DNA of 32,000 bases, taken from positions 150,001 through 182,000 of the forward strand of contig NZ_CP074694.1 of the NCBI RefSeq assembly GCF_018398935.1. Direction: 5' to 3'. This document shows positions 16,238-24,839 of the stretch, one piece after another; positions within the stretch are counted from its first letter, which is position 1; each line of letters opens with the position of its first letter. This DNA comes from Telmatocola sphagniphila (GTDB lineage Bacteria; Planctomycetota; Planctomycetia; Gemmatales; Gemmataceae). The position numbers were made by a program, and so were the translations under genes. Below the pieces are notes generated by a model. That model did no database searches. It was given only the letters and a program-made list of their open reading frames with translations, and was not told the DNA's origin.

Positions 16238-16291
16238 AAGGTCATCAAAATCGCGTTTTCCACTATATGAAAAATGATGATCTGATGACCT
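16238..16291. repeat. 54-bp palindrome-ended repeat, copy 1
   Basis: It matches 25945-25998 at 49 of 54 positions by eye. The termini aaggtcatca and tgatgacctt are reverse complements of each other. A partial extra left arm (aggtcatcaaaacg) lies at about 16166-16180. Confidence 0.75.
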
Positions 16292-16404
16292 TTCCTGGTA
16301 AAACTTTACGGTTCTTCCGTTTTTAGGCGCAACTCTCGGCGAATCGGTCATTTTGGGATAGATTGCAATTTAGAGTACCCTTTACCTGGATCACGGAAGA
16401 GCCG

Positions 16405-17211
16405 ATGACGACGACTACCATTGCCATAGACATGGACGTCCCTGCCGGAGTGAGCGTTGGCGAATACGAACGCGTCGACGGTGGCCACGCCTTTCACGTG
16501 AGTTGGGAGTTGCCCGACAATCTTTGTTGCGAGACTTGCCAGCGAGAGTCTCGGCTTCAATTGGTGGAGAAGAACAAGTTTCTGAGCATCCGCGATCTGG
16601 ATTTGTGGGGTAAGCCGAGCTTTTTCGTGTACCAGGAGGTGTATCACCGCTGCCCGTCGTGCGGTCACCGTCAATCGCTGTTGCCGCCGTTCAAGCGTCG
16701 GGATGTGAAATATACGTTTCGCTTCGAGGAGCAGGTGCTGGTCAGTCTGATCGGGAGCACAGCCGAAGACGTGGCGGTGCGTTTGGGGATTGCCGCGGAG
16801 ACGGTGGAGCGAATCGTCAAGAACCGGATAGAGGACGCCAAGGCGAAGCAGATCGATCCCCAGCGGAAGATCGAGCGTTTGGGTCTGGATGAGATCAGCC
16901 TGCGTAAGGGGCATAAGGGATATGCGACAATATTGACGGACCTGACGAATGGGGAGCGTCCGGAGATTCTGGCTCTGTCCAAGGGTCGCGACGAAGCAGC
17001 GGGGCGAGCGTGTTTGGAGCGTTTGTCGGCCCAGCAACGGTCGGCGGTGCGTTGGCATCATACGGACATGAGCGCGGCGTATTTGAAGGCTTGCGGCGTG
17101 CATTTACCCAACAGCCAGTCGGTGATAGATCGCTTTCACGTCGCCAAGAAATTGGGTGAGGTGGCGGACGATCTGCGAAAAAAAACTATCGAGCCTACAA
17201 GCGAAGTTTGA
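16405..17211 (+). CDS. ISL3-family transposase, N-terminal part (frame 0, ends after the A8 run)
   Basis: It has the zinc-finger-like pairs CCETCQRE and CPSCGH, and DRFHVAKKLGEVADDLRKK is typical of ISL3 transposases. The ORF is open from 16363, and the first ATG is at 16405. Confidence 0.8.
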   Translation: MTTTTIAIDMDVPAGVSVGEYERVDGGHAFHVSWELPDNLCCETCQRESRLQLVEKNKFLSIRDLDLWGKPSFFVYQEVYHRCPSCGHRQSLLPPFKRRDVKYTFRFEEQVLVSLIGSTAEDVAVRLGIAAETVERIVKNRIEDAKAKQIDPQRKIERLGLDEISLRKGHKGYATILTDLTNGERPEILALSKGRDEAAGRACLERLSAQQRSAVRWHHTDMSAAYLKACGVHLPNSQSVIDRFHVAKKLGEVADDLRKKTIEPTSEV

Positions 17212-17720
17212 GCGGGGAAGCCCGCAAGAAGCTGCGTTCTCAGATGCACGACTTCCGGCGTCGTCCCGAGGATTTGAATCCGGAGCAGGTCCAGGCCCTC
17301 GAGGATTTGTTCGAGAAGGTGCCTTCGTTGGGAACGATCTACCATCTGCGTTGGGAGGCGACCAAGATCTTCGATAGTGCCCCGAACCGAGCCGAAGCCT
17401 CGCGACTGTTGGAAGATTGGATCGTCCAGGCCCGCGAGACCGAGATGGATTGGGAGCCGTTCATCACGATGCTCAAGAATAACTGGGAGGGGATCTTAGC
17501 CTACTTCGAGGAACGCAAAAGCAGCGGCCCGGTGGAAGGTCTCAATACCAAGATTCGGGTAGTGCTACGTCGGAGTTATGGAATTCAGAGTCTAACTACG
17601 CTCTGGACGAGAATACTCCTGGACGTGAATTGGGCTGCGAAAAAATTAGGGCCGACCGTTGCGGAGATTCGCGGCTTCGTCAACCAGATCCAGAAGTATT
17701 TCTCTGAATGCTACACCTAG
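17208..17720 (+). CDS. ISL3-family transposase, C-terminal part (-1 frame, no ATG of its own)
   Basis: Read from the A-run, the -1 frame gives KKNYRAYKRSLSGEARKKLRSQ..., continuous with ISL3 transposase architecture. It contains the NTKIRVVLRRSYG motif expected near the C-terminus. Confidence 0.8.
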   Translation: MSGEARKKLRSQMHDFRRRPEDLNPEQVQALEDLFEKVPSLGTIYHLRWEATKIFDSAPNRAEASRLLEDWIVQARETEMDWEPFITMLKNNWEGILAYFEERKSSGPVEGLNTKIRVVLRRSYGIQSLTTLWTRILLDVNWAAKKLGPTVAEIRGFVNQIQKYFSECYT

Positions 17721-17865
17721 AAACGGAAGAGCCAACTTTACGAAATGACGTTAAAATGTATGGTTTTACCGTTCAAAAACTTGCAAGCCTGCTTGGATTT
17801 GGACTTTTTTGGCGAGTTGTGGCAAAAATCGCTGCATCTCGAGTCTCGTTCAGAAATCTTCGATC

Positions 17866-18141
17866 ATGAACCCCGAAAAACTGAATCCGGAAATTGAATC
17901 GCATCTCGCTTCCAAGGGGAGTTTAGAACTCACTTACGGTCTGAAGAAGCTGCAGATCGCTGAAATATTCGGTTTTATTGCCCTGGGATCGAGCATTATG
18001 AGTGTTTCCTTGCCGTTGATGAATGCCACACTACGGGAAGGATAATATGTGTGGCAGTTGAGCAGGACGATATTTGCCTGGGCGGCTTGGAGAGCTCGAA
18101 CGCGGAATACGAAAGGTAAAGAAGGGCGAAAGGCGAAGTAA
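17866..18141 (+). pseudogene. Short paralogue of the 3901-4431 membrane protein, interrupted by an in-frame TAA at 18043-18045
   Basis: TYGLKKLQIAEIFGFIALGSSIMSVSLPLMNATLREG*YVWQLSRTIFAWAAWRARTR aligns with TYERKYLRTAEVCGYVALGTSLLTILLPVTGTAKLREGYFVWQMSIIVFAYSAWSARSR. The same frame stays open to 18141. Confidence 0.55.
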
Positions 18142-18152
18142 TCCAAAGCAGA

Positions 18153-18225
18153 TGACCCTACCGGGATTCGAACCCGGGTCGCAGCCTTGAAAGGGCTGTG
18201 TCCTAGACCACTAGACGATAGGGCC
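18153..18225 (-). tRNA. tRNA-Glu (anticodon UUC)
   Basis: I folded a 73-nt cloverleaf by hand. The acceptor stem is GGCCCUA/UAGGGUC with one G-U pair. The D arm is GUCU-AGUGGUCUA-GGAC. The anticodon stem is CAGCC/GGCUG with loop CUUUCAA. The T arm is CCGGG-UUCGAAU-CCCGG. The CCA end is not encoded. Confidence 0.9.
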
Positions 18226-18448
18226 GTCAATCGGCTGAAAAGAATAGATAGAAGTAGAGAGTGTGAACGTCAAGACAGGGTTCACAATCCGACCCACTTT
18301 CGAGAAAGTTGACCGATACAAACGGCCCGAAAGGTCCGCCGCCAAGAAGGGTAGTATCCCTTGTGGAAAGTGAAAATTCGGCTAGGCGTTTGCTTCTCGA
18401 ACTACAATAACAAGAAGATGAACGTTCAGCACATGAAGGAGCGGAAAA

Positions 18449-18781
18449 ATGGCTAGCCCCAACGTACACGAGTTTAACGAAAGCAACTGGGAAGCCGAAG
18501 TTGTTCAAAGTTCGGTACCCGTTCTGGTCGATTTCTGGGCCCCCTGGTGTGGCCCCTGCCGTCAATTGACTCCCGTGATCGACAAAATTGCCGATCAATT
18601 TGCGGGCAAGGTCAAAGTCGGCAAAGTTAATGTCGATGAAAATCAGGATCTCGGCTCGCAGTACAACATCGCGACGATCCCCCGCTTACTGATTTTCAAG
18701 GGCAGCGCACAACCGGTTCAACAACTGGTCGGCCTGACCAACGAAGCGACTTTGTCGAAAATGCTCAACGAAGTGGTATAA
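18449..18781 (+). CDS. trxA: Thioredoxin
   Basis: 110 aa with the WAPWCGPC active site and a typical TrxA length and layout. Confidence 0.95.
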   Translation: MASPNVHEFNESNWEAEVVQSSVPVLVDFWAPWCGPCRQLTPVIDKIADQFAGKVKVGKVNVDENQDLGSQYNIATIPRLLIFKGSAQPVQQLVGLTNEATLSKMLNEVV

Positions 18782-18804
18782 GGGTCCAAAGACCGTTACC
18801 GAAT

Positions 18805-18835
18805 CTCAGTGGGGCTATCCTGCTGAGGTTTTTTT
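18805..18835 (+). terminator. Rho-independent terminator of trxA
   Basis: A 9-bp stem (ctcagtggg / cctgctgag, including two G-U pairs) with a 5-nt loop is followed by a run of 7 T (18829-18835). Confidence 0.7.
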
Positions 18836-19215
18836 ATCAGTTTTGCTTCCCGCAACTCGGCCAGCCGGTTTTTTCTCATTTCTGCGGCCGAATGTTCCAG
18901 TTTTAACGCTTCTATCAGCCCATCGATATTCGAAAAGCTTCAGTTATCCGCAAAACCGCTCCATTTTAACAGGGGAGATCTGGTACGCTGAACCGGTCGA
19001 AAATGAGGGGTTTTATTTGTCTTATGGGATCACGCTTCGTGGCGTGAGATGACCCAGGTGCGATCCCCGTGCCCACCGGGGATTTTCCATTTTGCCTATT
19101 TTACTGGCTGTTTCAATTCTTCTTCCCAGTCCTTCTCAATTCTCCCAATCCACCAGTCGATGTAATCACTGTGTCTTTCCGATCCGATGGCTCGGTGCGC
19201 TTGGAGTCGGCTTTG

Positions 19216-20826
19216 ATGAGTACCCGCGCGGAATCTCCCAGAATCGCCCTCCTGGAACAATTGAGAGAGGAACTCTCTCGAGGCCGGCACCTCCTGCGCC
19301 AGGAACGACAGCAACTCGAAAGCCAGTATCAGGAAGATCTCGGTGCGCTGGCCATCGCTCGACAGGAAGCCGAAGATCGGGAATATCAGGCCAGCCAGGA
19401 ACGCCGGCGTCTGGTTCGACTTAGGCAGAAATTTCTGGCGCGCTGGAAACGGCACTGGGAATTGAAGCGCATCGAAACGCGGCAGGTTCAAGATACGCTG
19501 ACTAACGAACAGATTAGCTTGCAACTCGAACAGCAGAGGCTGCAGGAACAAAAAGCCCAACTGGAAAACTTCTCCGTCTCCGAAAAAGCCAGAATCCAAA
19601 AAGGCTGGGAAGATCTCTCCGCCGAGGAGCAGGATTGGCGGCTGCGCTGGAAGTTGACCGAAACCGATTTGATCTCCCGAAAAGCCGAGTTGGAAAAATA
19701 CGCCTACTATCTTGTGGAATTAGAGCAGGCTTGGCTCAAGCGGAAGGAAGAAATTCAGTCGCAGTGTCTCAGCAAAGCCCGGGAATTGGTTTCGCTCGAT
19801 CGCCGGATCCTGGCCTTGCGTAATTCGGTCCCCGCACAGCCGGCCGCACTGGAGTATCGCACTGAATCAACCGAAGCCCGTTTATCGGATTCAAATTCCG
19901 ATCCCGTGCCGGAAAAGCTGGTCCAACTCTACCGGGCCCGGGAGTCGTGGCGCAGCGAACAGATCGCCCTCCTGGTCGACCTGGAAGAATTGGGAACGCA
20001 ACTACAGAATCGGGAACAGGAACTCGACCAGCGCGAGCGATCTATCGCTCAGCGAGAAGCCTCAATTCTCGAGACCGAGACGGAACTGGAGCGAAGGCAG
20101 GCCGAGCTGGAGGGCCGGGAAGCCGATTTCAATAATCGGGAGAAAGCCCGGCACAGGGAAAAAGAACTTCTGGAAGATGAAATCCGTCTTCTGCATAAGA
20201 ACCGCAAGCAGATTCAACTCGGACTGACCAAACTCGTCGACGTCTGGACCGAACGGCAATCGACGCTCTTGGTACAAGTTCGCAACGAGCAGGGGCGTTG
20301 CAAGGCGATGCTCGAGGATTGGACCCGCAAACTGGAGCAGGTCGAACAAGAACAGCGACAAGTGCGAGAGACCGCTCTGGCTCAAGCCCGCCAGCAGGTC
20401 GTTCTGGAACAGCTGCGTACGAAGCTCGTCGAGGAGAGCGAAAATCCTCTGGTATCCAAGTATCGGATCGAACGCTACGAACGGCGGCTCGACCGGGCTC
20501 TGCGAAAAGCGACTGCTCGACTCGATGGCCGGCATCAGGAAGTGTTGTCGATGCTACAGGAACTTCGCGAGGCCGAGGCGGGGATGGAAGAACGCTACCA
20601 CTACCTGTTGGCGGATGCGGAAAAAGCTCTGACTGAACTTGCTGAGAGAGAATTGCACCGCCAGGAAGAGGGCTCCCAGCTCGAGCAGCTCGAAAACGAT
20701 CTCGAACACCACAGGAATCTCTGCCAGCAGCAGGAAAAGACCATCCAGCACCTGCATCAGGAGATTGAGCGTATCAGCCGGTTGATGTATCTGAACGATA
20801 ATCGCAGACAGAATAGGGCGGCCTGA
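19216..20826 (+). CDS. Long coiled-coil protein rich in E, R, Q and L, function unknown
   Basis: The start is taken at MSTRAESP, with a GGAG 9 nt upstream. The ORF is open from a GTG at 19069. The composition is heptad-like and highly charged throughout. I recognised no catalytic motif. Confidence 0.6.
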   Translation: MSTRAESPRIALLEQLREELSRGRHLLRQERQQLESQYQEDLGALAIARQEAEDREYQASQERRRLVRLRQKFLARWKRHWELKRIETRQVQDTLTNEQISLQLEQQRLQEQKAQLENFSVSEKARIQKGWEDLSAEEQDWRLRWKLTETDLISRKAELEKYAYYLVELEQAWLKRKEEIQSQCLSKARELVSLDRRILALRNSVPAQPAALEYRTESTEARLSDSNSDPVPEKLVQLYRARESWRSEQIALLVDLEELGTQLQNREQELDQRERSIAQREASILETETELERRQAELEGREADFNNREKARHREKELLEDEIRLLHKNRKQIQLGLTKLVDVWTERQSTLLVQVRNEQGRCKAMLEDWTRKLEQVEQEQRQVRETALAQARQQVVLEQLRTKLVEESENPLVSKYRIERYERRLDRALRKATARLDGRHQEVLSMLQELREAEAGMEERYHYLLADAEKALTELAERELHRQEEGSQLEQLENDLEHHRNLCQQQEKTIQHLHQEIERISRLMYLNDNRRQNRAA

Positions 20827-20972
20827 TTCAAATTGTTCGGTCCGCGGGAGTAGCGGTGGTTTCTTCTCTTCATGCCCCGCCTTTATTCTCCGTCCGGCGA
20901 AAATCTCACTAACATATTCAACTACCTCTGTTTACTCCCGCCCGGCACTCGGGACCTTCCGGTGAAAAGCTG

Positions 20973-22439
20973 ATGCAGCCTGTATCAAATCGCGGCGCCT
21001 GGTTGGCGCTGATTGCCGCACTTTTGGGCTGGATGTTTGATGGCTTCGAAATGGGCCTATTCCCGTTAATCGCCCGCCCGGCCTTGCAGGAACTGATGCC
21101 GGGTTCCGACATATCGCTGTGGTTCTCCATCATTCAAGCCGGGTTTCTCGTCGGGGCGGCCACTGGCGGCGTGCTGTTCGGTTGGCTGGGTGATCGCATG
21201 GGCCGCGTACGTGCTATGACCCTAAGCGTGCTAACCTACGCCTTATTCAGCGGCGTTTGCGGCCTGGCTTCGGCCGCGTGGCAACTGGCAATCTTTCGAT
21301 TCATCGCCTCCCTAGGTATGGGGGGTGAATGGGCATTGGGTGTGGCCCTGGTCATGGAACTCTGGCCGGATAAATCCCGGGCCTGGCTGGCGGGGGTCAT
21401 CGGTTCCGCGGGTAACTTGGGCTACGTGCTGATCGCTCTGATGAGTCTGGTTCTCGGAAATATCACTGGGGAAATTAAATCGCTACTCAAAGCGTTATCG
21501 TTCTCATCGCAGACTATTGAATGGCTAACCGGCAACTCCGGATGGCGAGTGCTAATGCTATGCGCGACCTTTCCGGCGTTATTGACTTTCCTCATTCGTC
21601 TGATGGTTCCGGAATCGCAAAAGTGGGAGAAGGAACGGGAGCGCGGGCATACTCGTAGTGACGGCCGGGATCTGTTGGGAGTGCTGATTGGGGCGTTGGC
21701 CGCACTGGGTATTATTACCATTTGGGCGATAGAAGCTCCGTTTATCGTGCGCTTACCAGCGACTCTTCTACTCCTCGTGGTGGCCGTGTTCGGATATGTC
21801 TATCCCATCCGACGCAATCTGGCACGAAGCGGTCTGGCAGAATCTCTGCAGCGATTGACCACGCGTCGAGTATTGCTGGCCGCCTGCCTCAGTGGCGTAC
21901 CACTCCTGGGCACCTGGGCGAGTGTACAACTGGCTCCGACCTGGATCGACGAAATTACTGGTAAGACAATTAAGGAGTGCCGGGCATTCACACAAGTTTA
22001 TTCAGCACTCGGAGCGACGTTCAGCTGTCTGGCTATCGCCTGGATCGGCGTTTATCTACCCCGGCGATGGACCTACTTCGGCTTATGCATTGCTTCACTG
22101 GGAATCGTCGTCGGCTTTTTTCGCTTCAACACCGGCTATGATTACTCCATGCTCGCGAGTGTCTTCTGCATGGGCGGAATCGCTGCGGCTTTTTACGGTT
22201 GGCTGCCGCTCTATCTCCCGGAACTGTTTCCCACGGCCATGCGAGCCGCAGGGCAAGGGTTCGGTTTCAACTTCGGCCGGATCATTGCCGCCGTGGGGGT
22301 GTTGCAACTGCCGGTCATCAAAAGTCTTTTTGCCGATGGCTATGCTTCGGCCTGTCCTATCCTGGCTTTAGTCTATCTGGTTGGTATGGTGCTGATCTGG
22401 TTTGCCCCGGAGACCAAGGATCTGCCATTGCCGGAATGA
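20973..22439 (+). CDS. MFS transporter
   Basis: 488 aa with about 12 hydrophobic segments and an MFS motif-A-like GWLGDRMGR after TM2. Confidence 0.8.
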   Translation: MQPVSNRGAWLALIAALLGWMFDGFEMGLFPLIARPALQELMPGSDISLWFSIIQAGFLVGAATGGVLFGWLGDRMGRVRAMTLSVLTYALFSGVCGLASAAWQLAIFRFIASLGMGGEWALGVALVMELWPDKSRAWLAGVIGSAGNLGYVLIALMSLVLGNITGEIKSLLKALSFSSQTIEWLTGNSGWRVLMLCATFPALLTFLIRLMVPESQKWEKERERGHTRSDGRDLLGVLIGALAALGIITIWAIEAPFIVRLPATLLLLVVAVFGYVYPIRRNLARSGLAESLQRLTTRRVLLAACLSGVPLLGTWASVQLAPTWIDEITGKTIKECRAFTQVYSALGATFSCLAIAWIGVYLPRRWTYFGLCIASLGIVVGFFRFNTGYDYSMLASVFCMGGIAAAFYGWLPLYLPELFPTAMRAAGQGFGFNFGRIIAAVGVLQLPVIKSLFADGYASACPILALVYLVGMVLIWFAPETKDLPLPE

Positions 22440-22526
22440 ATATGCTTTTTAGGGAATCCTTGTGTAAGCTCGTTCGCTTTTCGGGGAGTGTCTATAATAA
22501 AGTGTCACTCCCGGGATGAGAAAATC

Positions 22527-23780
22527 ATGCTCTATTCGATGGCTAAACGTACACTGCTGGAAACCGATAAGCGACTGCTTTGGAAATTGGCCTGGAACAT
22601 GGGGCTGAAGGGAATGATATCGGTTCAACGGCATAAGAGCCGTCTGAAACGAGGCGAGTATTTCCCGCCCTTTCTGTACGTGTCGATCATCAACTCCTGC
22701 AATTTGCGCTGCCAGGGCTGCTGGGTCGATGTCGCTTCCAAACAGGAGATCATTCAGCCCGAAGCATTCGATAAACTGGTTCGTGAAGCCAAACAAATGG
22801 GGAATGTCTTTTTTGGGATCGTCGGCGGCGAACCGTTCATGCATCCCAAACTGTTCGAGTTACTGGAAAATCATCCCGATTGTTACTTCCAGATTTTCAC
22901 TAATGGCCACTTCATCACCGATGAAAAAGCCAAGCGACTCCGGCAACTGGGGAATGTCACACCGCTCATTAGTGTGGAAGGCTCGGAGATCATCAGCGAT
23001 GAACGCCGGGGCCGGGCAGGTGTGCTAAGCAAAACCATGGAGGGTTTGCAGAACTGCCTGAAGAATAAGGTGATGACCGGCGTCTGTACCAGTCTCTGTC
23101 GAACGAACATCGATGATTTACTGACGGAAAAATGGGTCGATCGCCTGATCGACATGGGAGTACTGTATACCTGGTTCCATGTTTACCGGCCGATGGGACC
23201 GAAGCCGAATTTCGATCTTTGTTTATCGCCGGATCAGGCTAGACGAGCTCGCGAATTCGTGGTCGAGATGCGTGCGAAGAAGCCGATCATAATTGTCGAT
23301 GCCTATTACGATGGCGAAGGCAAAGCCCTCTGCCCGGCGGCCACGGGTATCAGCCACCACATCAATCCGTGGGGGGATATTGAGCCCTGTCCGATCGTTC
23401 AGTTTGCCAAGGAATCGATTCATTCGAAGAATGGCGACCAGCGAACCTTAAGACAGAAGTTTCAGCAATCGACCTTTCTGCACGACTTCCGCCAGCTGGC
23501 TCAGGAGACGACCCGAGGGTGCATCGTGCTCGAGCGTCCCGATCTGCTGAAGTCTTTAGTCGAGAAACACGCGGCCCCGGATACGACGGCTCGAAAAACG
23601 GCTTTGCAGGAGCTAGCGGCTATGGACGTGAGAACCAGCCAGTACAACCCGGGAAATGAGATCCCGGAAAAGAACTGGCTGTATCGGATCGCCAAGCGAT
23701 TCTGGTTTAATGATTTCGGCGTCTATCAGGGCCAAGATCATTCGAAGAGTTCCGCCCCAGCCATTCTGAAGCAAGGTTGA
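22527..23780 (+). CDS. Radical SAM protein
   Basis: It has the CxxxCxxC cluster motif CNLRCQGCW and a GGEPFMHP SAM-binding motif, plus additional C-terminal cysteines (CPAATG...EPCP). The start is ambiguous among GTG 22488, ATG 22527 and ATG 22539. Confidence 0.8.
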   Translation: MLYSMAKRTLLETDKRLLWKLAWNMGLKGMISVQRHKSRLKRGEYFPPFLYVSIINSCNLRCQGCWVDVASKQEIIQPEAFDKLVREAKQMGNVFFGIVGGEPFMHPKLFELLENHPDCYFQIFTNGHFITDEKAKRLRQLGNVTPLISVEGSEIISDERRGRAGVLSKTMEGLQNCLKNKVMTGVCTSLCRTNIDDLLTEKWVDRLIDMGVLYTWFHVYRPMGPKPNFDLCLSPDQARRAREFVVEMRAKKPIIIVDAYYDGEGKALCPAATGISHHINPWGDIEPCPIVQFAKESIHSKNGDQRTLRQKFQQSTFLHDFRQLAQETTRGCIVLERPDLLKSLVEKHAAPDTTARKTALQELAAMDVRTSQYNPGNEIPEKNWLYRIAKRFWFNDFGVYQGQDHSKSSAPAILKQG

Positions 23781-24272
23781 ACGCTCCTCTTCGGATCGCC
23801 TATTCCGATTCTCCTGTTATACAGTGACAGTGTCAAAGGATATCACGCGTCAGTTCTAGAACAACCACGTAGGTCAGCCAAAACAATTTCTCGGCCTGAG
23901 GAACGCATTTGAGAAGGCTTTTTATCAGCTCCTAAGCTTCTTCGAGGTCAAGGAGAGGATTAAATCTGGATTGTCAACGCCTTGTACAGAGAACCTAGCT
24001 CACTTTACATCCGCCGTCCGGAGTTTGACCGGATCCTGTCGAACAGTAAGAGCAGGAACATCTGGATCGGTCCGTGCTCTATTTGATCCTTTTTCAGCGA
24101 AGCTTTTTCGCAGAGCTTCACGAAAGTTATCATTTTTATTTTTGAAGTTATGGTGTAGAATAGTATTGACGAATCGGACGACATTTTGTAGCGTCGTCCC
24201 AAGTGGATTTGAGCCTTCGTATATCTTCTCTCCTTCGGAGGCATGGAACATCGAACCCAAGGGGGCATAACC

Positions 24273-24785
24273 ATGTGGACTCCTTCACCAGAACATCCGC
24301 TTCGTAAAATGTTCGCGGGAATTACCGAGCATGCATTCTTAATCGAACTGGGTGTTACCGACACCAAACTGATTGACTATCTGGCCGATATGCTGACGAG
24401 ATTTCTGCATATGGATTCCGTCTGCAAAATCTCCGGCCGGAATGGTCGCTTTACGGAAGAAGTCAGCGAGATGCTGAAAGAGGCGGAATCGCTACCAGAG
24501 ACAGGCGATACCCGTCGCGAAGTTTATCGCTATATCGGCGATTACACGTTATTTTGGACGGGTTTATATCCCGAGGTGATCCAGAAGAAGGCCGCGAATC
24601 GGTGGGCTTCCGATCATTTCGTCGATTTCTGCCGATCGGGCAAACAATGCTATCTGATCGCTAGCAGCTTCGAGAATGACCCCTGGGCCGAGGAATCGGC
24701 GGTATTGAAACGATTGAGCAACGATTTCGAGCTGTGTGCCTACGGGCTCAATCAGGTACGAAAGGAATTTGAAGAGATTCCCTGA
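24273..24785 (+). CDS. Hypothetical protein
   Basis: 170-aa ORF from MWTPSPEHP. I recognised no motif. Confidence 0.5.
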   Translation: MWTPSPEHPLRKMFAGITEHAFLIELGVTDTKLIDYLADMLTRFLHMDSVCKISGRNGRFTEEVSEMLKEAESLPETGDTRREVYRYIGDYTLFWTGLYPEVIQKKAANRWASDHFVDFCRSGKQCYLIASSFENDPWAEESAVLKRLSNDFELCAYGLNQVRKEFEEIP

Positions 24786-24806
24786 TCGCTATTCCTTTGG
24801 GTGGGA

Positions 24807-24834
24807 CCGAGTCGCTGTTACGACAGCGACTCGG
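24807..24834. terminator. Perfect 12-bp hairpin between convergent genes, a candidate bidirectional terminator
   Basis: The stem is ccgagtcgctgt / acagcgactcgg with a tacg loop. It lies between the stops at 24785 (+) and 24840 (-). There is no clear U-tract. Confidence 0.5.
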
Positions 24835-24839
24835 GTTAA

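Larger units (their letters stand above)
16310..17733 (+). mobile_element. Complete ISL3-family insertion sequence of 1424 bp
   Basis: The 18-bp terminal inverted repeats are ggttcttccgtttttagg (16310-16327) and the reverse complement of 17716-17733 (ggctcttccgtttctagg), matching at 16 of 18 positions. A perfect 8-bp target duplication, aactttac, lies at 16302-16309 and 17734-17741. Confidence 0.9.

Noticed and set aside
16348-17103. 251-aa minus-strand ORF
   Set aside because: It is antisense to the ISL3 transposase and Arg/Leu-rich, as is typical of shadow ORFs.
17934-18598. Minus-strand ORFs of 98 and 123 aa
   Set aside because: The first overlaps the tRNA-Glu gene and the paralogue remnant. 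The second is antisense to the trxA start region. Neither has a motif.
19069-19215. N-terminal extension of the coiled-coil ORF from a GTG at 19069
   Set aside because: The extension is Phe/Leu-rich and unlike the rest of the protein. The ATG at 19216 is preceded by a GGAG at suitable spacing. The call remains uncertain.
23781-24272. Non-coding gap of about 490 bp with an AT-rich stretch upstream of the 24273 gene
   Set aside because: I could find no convincing repeat, structured element or conserved motif by eye. It may simply hold a promoter and leader.
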